In this document: positions 18,506 to 26,272 of the stretch, one piece after another
How positions within the stretch are numbered: position 1 is the first letter of the stretch
Layout of the letters: each line of letters opens with the position of its first letter
Assembly (NCBI GenBank): GCA_947629915.1
Contig: CANRFN010000010.1
Span: 5,786-69,785, forward strand
Source: an uncultured Oscillospiraceae bacterium
GTDB taxonomy: Bacteria; Bacillota; Clostridia; Oscillospirales; Oscillospiraceae
Direction: 5' to 3'
DNA length: 64,000 bases
Position numbers and translations under genes: made by a program
Notes under the pieces: model-generated
What the model saw: only the letters and a program-made list of their open reading frames with translations
The model's database searches: none
What the model was told of the DNA's origin: nothing

Positions 18506-21108
18506 ACAGTGGGTCCCTCCGGGTACTGCTCGCCTTTCAGACGGTAGGCAGTGATTTCGTGTACCAGCAGGCTGGCGGCCTCGTCCAGGTCGATGGGCTT
18601 GGCGGTGTGGGCGTTCATGCCGCAGCGCAGGCAGCGCTGGACATCGTCTGAGAAGGCGTCTGCACTCATGGCGATGATGGGGATCCGCTTGGCGTCCGGC
18701 CGGTCCAGCTTGCGGATGGCCTCGGTGGCCTCATAGCCGTTCATCACAGGCATGCGGATGTCCATGAGGATGGCGTCATACCAGCCCACGGGGCTGTTCA
18801 GGAACAGGTCCAGACAGGCCTTGCCGTTTTCCGCCCAGTCCAGCTCCAGGCCCAGATCGGAGAACAGCTCTTTGGCGATCTCCCAGTTGAGGTCGTTGTC
18901 CTCCGCCAGGATCACCCGCTTTCCGGTGAGATCCAGATGGCCGCCGTCTGCCATGGCCGCCTCGTGCTCCGCGTCTCCGGTGTACTTCTGCAGGGCATAG
19001 AACAGGGTGGAGCGGAAGAGGGGCTTGGCGATGATGCCGTTGATGCCCACCCCCTGGATCAGGGGCTCCAGATCGCTCCAGTCTGCAGAGGTGATCATCA
19101 GGATCACCGTCTGGTCCCCCGTCTGCTGGCGGATCCGCCGTGCGGTCTCGATGCCGTCCATGTCCGCCATCTTCCAGTCCACCAGGACGATGGGATAGGT
19201 GCCGGCGGGGTGTTCGGCCAGCTCCTCCAGGGCCACCTTGCCGCTGGACACGGACTTGCCGGAGCAGCCGATGGCCTCCAGGGCGGAGATGGCGCTCTCA
19301 CAGAGAAGGGGATCGTCGTCCACCAGCAGGATGTGCCAGCCCGGGAGCTTCATGTCCACCTCCGGCGTGGGGGACTTCTTCAGGTCCAGAACCACATGGA
19401 ATTCGGTGCCCTTGCCGGGCTCGCTCTGCACGGTGATGGTGCCTTGCATGGCGTCCACGATGTACTTGGTGATGGCCATGCCCAGGCCGGCGCCCTCTGT
19501 CTTCTGTACCCGGGCGTTGTCCTCCCGGGAGAAGGACTCGAAGATCTTGGCCTGAAACTCCGGGGACATGCCGATGCCGGTGTCCTTGATCTGCAGGTGG
19601 ACCCGGATGGCCTCCTGGTCTGTGGGACAGGGCTCCTCAGACAGGCTGGCGCTGATAGACCCGCCCTCCGGGGTGAACTTGATGGCGTTGCCCAGCAGGT
19701 TCAGCAGCACCTGGTTCAGGCGGATGCTGTCGCAAAAGACGTTCTCGCAGATGATGTCCTTCACGTACACATCGAACCGCTGCCCCTTGGCGTTCACCTG
19801 GGGCTGGACGATGTTCACGATGCCCTGCATGGTGTCCTGCAGGGACATCTGCTCCATCCGCAGGGTGAGCTTGCCGCTCTCGATCTTGGCCATGTCCAGG
19901 ATGTCGTTGATGAGGCCCAGCAGGTGGCGGCTGGAGAGGGAGATCTTCTTCAGGCAGTTCTGCACCTGTTGGGGGTTGTGGATGTTGGCCGTGGCGATGG
20001 CCGTCATGCCCACGATGCCGTTCATAGGGGTGCGGATGTCGTGGGACATGTTGGAGAGAAACTCGCTCTTGGCCCGGTTGGCGTGCTCGGCGGCCTGTCT
20101 CGCGTGTTCCGCCGCCTGCCGGGCCTCGTCCAGCTCCCGCATCTGCCGCCGGGTGTTCCCGATGTACCAGGAGAACACCGCCAGAAGGGCCACCAGCACC
20201 ACGAGGCAGCTCACCAGTGCGGACATGCCCCAGGAGTGGCTCAGCTGCTGCACGGTGAGGTCCAACTGGCCGTACGGCATGAAGAGCATCAGGTACCAGT
20301 CTGAGTAGGGGAGCTGGTTGCAGTAGAGGTGCCGGCGCTCCCCGTCCAGGGTGAACTCGCTGGTGAAGCTCTCGCTGCGGGCCATGGTCTGCTGGAGCTT
20401 GGCGATGTACTCATCGCCGGTGAGGCCCTCCACGCTGTCGTAATGGCTGTGGACGCGGTCGAAGTAGTTGGACTCGGTGATCTCGCTGTCCTTGACGATG
20501 AACCCGCCGTCCCGGTCGATGATGCAGTAGTAGATCAAGGCGTTGTCTGCGTTGAGAGACAGGGTGTCGCTGATGTACTCCGCCGGCAGGGCGGTCACCA
20601 GCGCCATGCTGGTGCCGCCGCTCTCCATGCTGTACGCCGCCGGCACCCCCATGAGGACCAGGTTTTCGCCGGTCTCATCCTTGCCGTAGGCCATCTTCTC
20701 CTCGCCGTCCAGCAGCGAGCGGAGAAAGGCCTCCCGGTCCTGGACGTCGATGAGGCTGCCATATAGCATCTCAAAGTTGCCCTCCTGGTCCACCAGAGCC
20801 AGGTGGTCGAAGCCGCGGGCCCGGGCGTAGTACCGCAGGGCCACCAGCATCTGCAGCCGGCTCGCCTGGCTGCCGGGCGGGACCGAGTCCACCAGGCCGC
20901 CCACCTGGGAGAGGCGCAGCTCGATGGCGGTGCCGAAGTGGGCCGCAGCCTGTTCGCTCATGCCGGCCATGTAAATAGACCCGATGTCGCCGATGGCATC
21001 GGCGCCCTGGGTGTTCATCCGCATGGCGAGGAAGGAAAACACCAGCACACAGAGGGCGGACACGATGATCAGGCTGATGATGAGGCCCCGTGTGGACTTG
21101 TTCTTCAT
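18502..21108 (-). CDS. Hybrid sensor histidine kinase with extracytoplasmic sensor domain and two receiver domains
   Basis: TM - ~270-aa extracellular domain - TM. H-box SEFLSNMSHDIRTPMN; N/G boxes LLGNAIKFT, DTGIGM, GAGLGMAI. REC1 is LLVDDDP..VDWKMADMDG; REC2 is ILAEDNDLN..ILMDIRMPVMNG. Start at ATG 21108 after GGAGGAGG. Confidence 0.88.
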   Translation of the reverse strand: MKNKSTRGLIISLIIVSALCVLVFSFLAMRMNTQGADAIGDIGSIYMAGMSEQAAAHFGTAIELRLSQVGGLVDSVPPGSQASRLQMLVALRYYARARGFDHLALVDQEGNFEMLYGSLIDVQDREAFLRSLLDGEEKMAYGKDETGENLVLMGVPAAYSMESGGTSMALVTALPAEYISDTLSLNADNALIYYCIIDRDGGFIVKDSEITESNYFDRVHSHYDSVEGLTGDEYIAKLQQTMARSESFTSEFTLDGERRHLYCNQLPYSDWYLMLFMPYGQLDLTVQQLSHSWGMSALVSCLVVLVALLAVFSWYIGNTRRQMRELDEARQAAEHARQAAEHANRAKSEFLSNMSHDIRTPMNGIVGMTAIATANIHNPQQVQNCLKKISLSSRHLLGLINDILDMAKIESGKLTLRMEQMSLQDTMQGIVNIVQPQVNAKGQRFDVYVKDIICENVFCDSIRLNQVLLNLLGNAIKFTPEGGSISASLSEEPCPTDQEAIRVHLQIKDTGIGMSPEFQAKIFESFSREDNARVQKTEGAGLGMAITKYIVDAMQGTITVQSEPGKGTEFHVVLDLKKSPTPEVDMKLPGWHILLVDDDPLLCESAISALEAIGCSGKSVSSGKVALEELAEHPAGTYPIVLVDWKMADMDGIETARRIRQQTGDQTVILMITSADWSDLEPLIQGVGINGIIAKPLFRSTLFYALQKYTGDAEHEAAMADGGHLDLTGKRVILAEDNDLNWEIAKELFSDLGLELDWAENGKACLDLFLNSPVGWYDAILMDIRMPVMNGYEATEAIRKLDRPDAKRIPIIAMSADAFSDDVQRCLRCGMNAHTAKPIDLDEAASLLVHEITAYRLKGEQYPEGPTV

Positions 21109-21332
21109 AGACACGCCTCCTCCTGGAAGTGGCGATTGCGATGGGAATCGTTGCGGGAAAATGCCACGCATACTATATCATAAAAGGGGAGAAATGCGAG
21201 AGGCGTTTTCAAGTTTTTTTCAAGAATTTCGCACTGAAATGCCGCAAAATCGCGACCCATTTCCAACAATGATGGACAAAAGAGACAAGGAAAATAGGAA
21301 AGCTGCAAAATATGGTATAAAATGGGATGCTC

Positions 21333-21374
21333 GGAAAAATCAAGGGCGTGTACCGACAGAGGTACACGCCCTTG
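21333..21374 (-). terminator. Rho-independent terminator closing the minus-strand island
   Basis: CAAGGGCGTGTACC-GACAGA-GGTACACGCCCTTG. On the minus strand it is followed by ATTTTTCC. Confidence 0.7.
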
Positions 21375-21413
21375 TGAGGAATTTGGCGGAAATGGTGCGC
21401 TTCAGGGGGGGAG

Positions 21414-23750
21414 CTACACCTTGGAGAGCGTTGTCTGCTGGACCCGCCGGATGCCGATGCCCACGAAGTCCACCATGACCCGTTTCGGCTCGAAGAACAG
21501 GATCTCTCCGGTGCCGTAGTTCTTGTGGCGCACGGTGTCCCCGATCTGGAGCACAATGGGGTCCGCCGGCGGGAGGGCGGTGCTGTCCTCACCCGGAGTC
21601 TGCCCAGGCGATGGATCTGCCCCGTCCTCGGCTGCGGGAGTGCCCGGCAACGCAACTTCCATACCCAATGTGGAAAACTTTGTGGAAGCTGTGGAAGTCT
21701 CTGTGGAACCTTCTGTGGAAGCGCATGTGGAAAACTCTGTGGAAGTTGTGGAAGGTTTTGTGGAAGTTGTGGAAGCCTTCGCAAAAACATGAATAGAACC
21801 GGGACTTTGTTGTGCAGCTGCACGATCTGCCACTTGCGTGCGCTCCTGTTCCAGCTCTGGCAGGGGTGTGCCGAGAAGCCGCTCTATGTAGACGGAGGGC
21901 TTGACCGGAATCTTGAAGAAGGCGTGGGGCACGTAGAAGGTGAGGCGCTCCTTGGCCCGGGTGGCGGCTACGTAGAAGATCCGCGCCTCCTCCTCCGGGT
22001 CCAGCAGGGAGTCTATGTCGTCTACGGGAAGGATGCCGGAGAGGGCGTCCAGCACGATGACGGCGTTGAACTCCAGGCCCTTGGCGGAGTGGATGGTGGT
22101 GAGGGTGACGTTGGCCTCCGCGGTGGCGGTGGTCTTGCTGCGGGCGTAGGTCTCCAGCGTGTCTGAGAAGCTCTGCAGGCTGCTGTACATGGAGGCGATG
22201 TGGGTGAGCACCTCGAAGTAGACGTTGGAGGAGATCACCGCGCCGGCGGCCTTCTCCCGCTGCAGCACCCGGGAGGGCACCAGATGCCGGATGAGCTCCA
22301 CCACCGCCACCGGGTCGCTGGACGAGGTGCAGTTCATCAGCGCACATAGCTGCTCCAGGGCCCGGCGCACATAGGGCTTGTCCCGGGACAGGTCCATGGC
22401 CACCTCCAGGACATTGAGGTCCTGGCCGGCGTCTGTGAGCACGTCCACGGTCTCCGAGAGGCGGGCGATAAAGGCGTTGGTGAAGTAGAGGCCGAAGAGC
22501 TGCTTGGTGTCCAGAAGGGCATCCAGATCCCAGGGACAGAGGGCCAGCCGCATGGCGCCCAGCACCCCGGCCACCGTGGGGTGGGAGAAGAAGGCCCGGT
22601 AGTTGTCCCGCCGGCGGAAGGGGATGTTCAGCCAGTCCAGCTCCATGGCCAGGGGCAGCAGGGTGAAGTTGTTGCGGGCCATGATGGCGAGGGTGGTGCC
22701 GGGCGTCTCCGCGGCGGCCTGTGCGGCGGCCACCGCATCCGCATAGAACGCCTTCATGGTCTGCTTCCGCTGGATCTCCACCGTGCCGGCGCCCTCCCGG
22801 GAGGGCGAGGCCTCTTTCCGATACCGCTCCCGGTTGATCTGGATGAACCGGTTGGCGCCCTCCACGATGGCGGGGAGGCTGCGGTAGTTGGTGTTCAGGT
22901 AGAAGACCTTGGCGTCCGGGTACGGATCGGCGAAGTGGAGCATGTAGTCCGGGTCCGCCCCCCGGAAGGAGTAGATGGACTGGTCGTCGTCGCCGGCCAC
23001 AAAGAGGCTGTCTGCGTCCTGTGCCAGCAGCTCCAGAATGCGGAACTGCAGCAGGGAGGTGTCCTGGGCCTCGTCCATGAAGATGTGGCGGTACCGGCTG
23101 CGGAAGTATCCCGCGGTATCGGCATCGGTCTGCAGGGTCTCGTAGGCGAAGAGCAGCTGGTCGTCAAAATCCATGATGTGGTTTTGCTGCTTGTATGATT
23201 CGTAGTCCTGGAAGAAGGCCTCGAAGGACAGCTTGGGGAGCTCCACTTTCAGCTCCGGTACATCCAGGGCCTCCCGCTCCTCCGCTGTGAACATCCGGTT
23301 CTTCACCAGGGTGAGCAGGGTGGAGAGCTGGCGCACCAGGTGGTCGCTGGGCCAGACGGAATACTTCCCGTGCAGAACCCGGCGGATGATCTTGCCGGGG
23401 TCTGCCTCCAGGGCGGGAAGCTGCGCTTTCTTTTTCATGCTGGCATCCCGGAGGATGGCCACGCAGAGGGAGTGGATGGTGGAGAACCGCGGGGCGCCGG
23501 TTGGCGTGGAGAAGATGCTCCGGTAGCGGGCCTCCATCTCATTGGCTGCGGCCTTGGTGTATGTGATGGCCAGGATGCACTCCCCGGGGATGCCGCAGGC
23601 CATGGTGAGATAGCCGATCCGCGCCAGGATGGTGGCCGTCTTTCCGCTGCCCGGCACCGCCACCAGCAAGGTCTCGCCGGAGGTCTGCTGGACGGCGGCG
23701 GCCTGCTGGTCGTTCAGCTGCAGGTGGTATCTGGTCTTAAATGTCGCAAT
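21414..23750 (-). CDS. SF1 UvrD/PcrA-type DNA helicase with ST-rich linker and C-terminal Tudor-like domain (start codon uncertain)
   Basis: Motifs I AVPGSGKT, Ia TYTKAAANEM, II FMDEAQDTS, III FVAGDDDQSIYSFRGA, V TIHSAKGLEFNAV and VI FYVAATRAKERL are all intact. C-terminal GDTVRHKNYGTGEIL..VDF resembles the PcrA/UvrD Tudor-like domain. The Q-motif region (LQLNDQQAAAVQQ) lies upstream of the track's TTG start (23669) in the same open frame, where there is no ATG/GTG/TTG. The end is set at the in-frame ATT 23750; CTG 23723 is the alternative. Confidence 0.8.
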   Translation of the reverse strand: MATFKTRYHLQLNDQQAAAVQQTSGETLLVAVPGSGKTATILARIGYLTMACGIPGECILAITYTKAAANEMEARYRSIFSTPTGAPRFSTIHSLCVAILRDASMKKKAQLPALEADPGKIIRRVLHGKYSVWPSDHLVRQLSTLLTLVKNRMFTAEEREALDVPELKVELPKLSFEAFFQDYESYKQQNHIMDFDDQLLFAYETLQTDADTAGYFRSRYRHIFMDEAQDTSLLQFRILELLAQDADSLFVAGDDDQSIYSFRGADPDYMLHFADPYPDAKVFYLNTNYRSLPAIVEGANRFIQINRERYRKEASPSREGAGTVEIQRKQTMKAFYADAVAAAQAAAETPGTTLAIMARNNFTLLPLAMELDWLNIPFRRRDNYRAFFSHPTVAGVLGAMRLALCPWDLDALLDTKQLFGLYFTNAFIARLSETVDVLTDAGQDLNVLEVAMDLSRDKPYVRRALEQLCALMNCTSSSDPVAVVELIRHLVPSRVLQREKAAGAVISSNVYFEVLTHIASMYSSLQSFSDTLETYARSKTTATAEANVTLTTIHSAKGLEFNAVIVLDALSGILPVDDIDSLLDPEEEARIFYVAATRAKERLTFYVPHAFFKIPVKPSVYIERLLGTPLPELEQERTQVADRAAAQQSPGSIHVFAKASTTSTKPSTTSTEFSTCASTEGSTETSTASTKFSTLGMEVALPGTPAAEDGADPSPGQTPGEDSTALPPADPIVLQIGDTVRHKNYGTGEILFFEPKRVMVDFVGIGIRRVQQTTLSKV
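21670..21776 (-). repeat. Ten copies of GTGGAA at 9- or 12-nt spacing (coding: ST-rich 3-4-residue periodic linker)
   Basis: GTGGAA at 21671, 21683, 21692, 21704, 21716, 21728, 21740, 21749, 21761 and 21770. On the coding strand this gives ASTTSTKPSTTSTEFSTCASTEGSTETSTASTKFST. Confidence 0.8.
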
Positions 23751-23800
23751 GTCCGTGGGCGTTTCCCTTCTTCCAGTTTGGGTTTCTCTTCTGCGGTGTC

Positions 23801-24175
23801 CTACGGGACGGTGAAGTCCATGGAGATGGTCCGCAGGTACATCTCTTGATAGAGGGCCTGTTCCAGCCTTTGGACCAGGAGCAGCATCCGGTCCCGGTCT
23901 TCCACCAGCAGATCGATGTCTTTGTTGTACACGGATCTGGGATAGGGGGCCGGGACAACGGCCTTTGTCACGGTGCTCAGGCGGAAGAGCGGCTCCTTAT
24001 CGTCCAGAAGCTGCAGGGTGAGCTGGAGCCTGCACTGCCTTCGGTCGCGCCGCCGGGCCGCTTTCTCCGCGGCGATGCGCTCCATCTCGGGATCCCGCAG
24101 CTGGATGCCCTCCCTCTCCAGGGAGCGGCGAATCTTCCTGGCGGGGAACGCCAGCTCCTTTTCCAACAGCGCCAC
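23801..24175 (-). CDS. Hypothetical 124-aa protein (charged/coiled-coil N-half); possibly the distal part of a disrupted HTH gene
   Basis: GTG-start ORF with a TAG three codons upstream in frame. No recognisable motif beyond the charged helix ELAFPARKIRRSLEREGIQLRDPEMERIAAEKAARR. Confidence 0.45.
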   Translation of the reverse strand: MALLEKELAFPARKIRRSLEREGIQLRDPEMERIAAEKAARRRDRRQCRLQLTLQLLDDKEPLFRLSTVTKAVVPAPYPRSVYNKDIDLLVEDRDRMLLLVQRLEQALYQEMYLRTISMDFTVP

Positions 24176-24465
24176 ATCCCAGGCCTAACGCCCCCTGGCG
24201 GCGTCTTCTGCAGGGTATTCAGGAGCTTGTCCCGCAGCGGGGCGCCGAACGCCTCCTCTGCGTTGAACTGGTATAGCCCTTGGATCCCGAACTCCCGGTA
24301 CCGCGGCTTCCAGTAGTTGATGGAGCTGGTATAGAGGCCAGACTGTTCTGAGGCGGCCTTCCGGGTCTCACCGCGGCCGAGGGCTAAGAATGCGTTCGGC
24401 GTGAAAGGTCCTGCCCAATGGGGAGACCGCCTTGTCCTCTGATGGCGGGTGGGCTGCCTGCCACC
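24176..24465 (-). pseudogene. Start-less remnant of an HTH gene resembling IS3-type OrfA N-termini
   Basis: This frame is the one carrying the stop of 24466..25020 and is open from that stop without any ATG/GTG/TTG. It reads PFTPNAFLALGRGETRKAASEQSGLYTSSINYWKPRYREFGIQGLYQ, matching the FT.EFK..AV.L...G.S....A...GI....L..W...Y...G..GL pattern. It runs out of frame with the 124-aa ORF near 24176-24190. Confidence 0.4.
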
Positions 24466-25020
24466 CTAAAACGTGGTGATGAGGGTGCCGTTGGCGAGGG
24501 CGAACGCACGGGTTTTCTCCAGACCGTCCATGTCCGCTCTAGACGGGCGGTGGACCTGGATCAGGCCGTCTGTTATCAGGACCTTCTTCCAGGGCAGGAT
24601 GGTGGCGTCCACGAAGAGGGGGACGTTGGGGATCTGGTTTTCAAAGGGGGACAGCGTGCCCTTCACCCGGTAGTACTGGAACGTGCCCTCGGGACTCAGA
24701 GTGGTGTCCACAAAGAGGGAGCCGTCCGGGTCGTGGCGGGCCAGGAGGAACATGCCCCTGCGCAGGCGCTTCCAGCCCTGCAGGGTCGCCCGGTCCTCTT
24801 TGGTGAGGGTGAGCTGGATGGGGATCCTCTTGCTGTCCAACGCATCGATAAAGTCATCGATTTGGGAGGGATCTCCCCAGAGCTTGTCCGCTCGGCGCAG
24901 GAGGTCCTTCGCATTGTTCATCCGGAGGGGCTTTTTCATGTTCATGTAGGTCAGCAGCGGCAGGAAGAGCTCGTAGAAATGCTCTCCCTCTTTATTCGTG
25001 AGTGTATTATTCTTTGCCAT
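24466..25020 (-). CDS. Uncharacterised small protein, family S paralogue 3 of 3
   Basis: 184 aa. Shares HFYELFLPLL, W.DPS.ID, LT.EDR..L..WKR and LPWK..LI(T/A)DG blocks with 25054..25602 and 25691..26233. Confidence 0.7.
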   Translation of the reverse strand: MAKNNTLTNKEGEHFYELFLPLLTYMNMKKPLRMNNAKDLLRRADKLWGDPSQIDDFIDALDSKRIPIQLTLTKEDRATLQGWKRLRRGMFLLARHDPDGSLFVDTTLSPEGTFQYYRVKGTLSPFENQIPNVPLFVDATILPWKKVLITDGLIQVHRPSRADMDGLEKTRAFALANGTLITTF

Positions 25021-25053
25021 GGTGAAACCTCCCTGTCTGTTCGGGGTCCCGCG

Positions 25054-25602
25054 CTAAAACCGGGTGATGACGGTGCCCTGCTCCAACGCCCTATGGCAGA
25101 TCCTCTGCAGCTTCTTCTTGATCTCGTCCGGATTTTCAATGAAGATGGGGAGAAAGAGACCGTCTGTGATCAGCACGTCCTTCCAGGGCAGAATGGCGGT
25201 CAGGATCTCAACGGGTGTCTTGGGGAGCAGCTCCTCCAGGGAGGACTGCAGACCCAGCACCCGATAGACGTGATTCTCCCGGTCCACGAGCAGAGAGCCA
25301 TTAGACCGGTGGGAGGCCAGATAAAAGACATCGTACTGGAAGCGCTTCCAGCTGCGCAGGATCTCCCGGTCCTCCTCTGTGAGCGAGATTCTTATAGAGG
25401 TGCGCTTGTGGTCTATGTCATCAATGTAGGTATCGATCCGGGAGGGATCTTTCCAATAGATCTCGGCTCGCCGCATCATGTCCGGGGAATCTCCGATGAT
25501 GATGGGATTTTTCAGATCTGCGTAGCCGAGAAGCGGAAGGAAGAGGTGGAAGAAATAATCGCCATCGTCTGGGGGAAGCATATTTCGTTTTGCAGGTGCC
25601 AT
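25054..25602 (-). CDS. Uncharacterised small protein, family S paralogue 2 of 3
   Basis: 182 aa, MAPAKRNMLPPDDGDYFFHLFLPLL... Same blocks as the other two copies. Confidence 0.7.
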   Translation of the reverse strand: MAPAKRNMLPPDDGDYFFHLFLPLLGYADLKNPIIIGDSPDMMRRAEIYWKDPSRIDTYIDDIDHKRTSIRISLTEEDREILRSWKRFQYDVFYLASHRSNGSLLVDRENHVYRVLGLQSSLEELLPKTPVEILTAILPWKDVLITDGLFLPIFIENPDEIKKKLQRICHRALEQGTVITRF

Positions 25603-25690
25603 ATTGAAAACCTCCTGGCAATCACTGGGGCTGTGATATGAGATGCGGGATAGGGGCTGCCGTGTGCCAGAGAGGCCGGCGGCGGGGCGA

Positions 25691-26233
25691 TCAGATGGAA
25701 GAGATCACGGTGTCGTTCATAACGGCCTGTCTGCAGAGAGCCTGGAGGGTGTCCCGCACCTTCTCCGGATTTTGGATGGTATCCAATGTGTAGATGCCGT
25801 CTGCGATCAGCAGGTCCTTCCAGGGGAGCAGGGTGGTCTCCACCAGGACAGGCGGGTTGGGAAACAGCTCCTCCATGGGGGACTGGAGTCCCTTGATCCG
25901 ATAGACCTCCTTGGACTTGCTCACGAGAAAGGTGCCGCTTGCCTCGTGAGACACCACGTAGAAGGCGCCTGTCCGGAAGCGCTTCCAGCTGCGCAGGATC
26001 TGCCTGTCCTCCTCCGTGAGGGGGCGCTCCAGCTCCTTGCTGTCCATATCCTGGATAAAGCCGTCTATGAGAGAGGGATCCCGCCATACGATGTTGGCCC
26101 TCCTCTTCATATCCATCAGATTGCCGAGAAGGATGGGGGTGTCCTGATCGGCGAAGGAGAGCAGGGGAAGAAAGAGTTCAAAGTAGTGCTTGCCGTCCTC
26201 CGGGTGAAGCATATTTCGTTTTGCTTTTTGCAT
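25691..26233 (-). CDS. Uncharacterised small protein, family S paralogue 1 of 3
   Basis: 180 aa, MQKAKRNMLHPEDGKHYFELFLPLL... GGAGG RBS 7 nt upstream. Confidence 0.7.
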   Translation of the reverse strand: MQKAKRNMLHPEDGKHYFELFLPLLSFADQDTPILLGNLMDMKRRANIVWRDPSLIDGFIQDMDSKELERPLTEEDRQILRSWKRFRTGAFYVVSHEASGTFLVSKSKEVYRIKGLQSPMEELFPNPPVLVETTLLPWKDLLIADGIYTLDTIQNPEKVRDTLQALCRQAVMNDTVISSI

Positions 26234-26272
26234 ACCAAAACCTCCAGATGGCCCATGTCTGTGAGCAGGGCT

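Noticed and set aside
21670-21776. GTGGAA repeats as a protein-binding iteron array or mini-CRISPR
   Set aside because: They lie inside the helicase reading frame, keep that frame (spacings of 9 and 12 nt), and translate to a coherent ST-rich linker. A coding low-complexity region is the simpler explanation.
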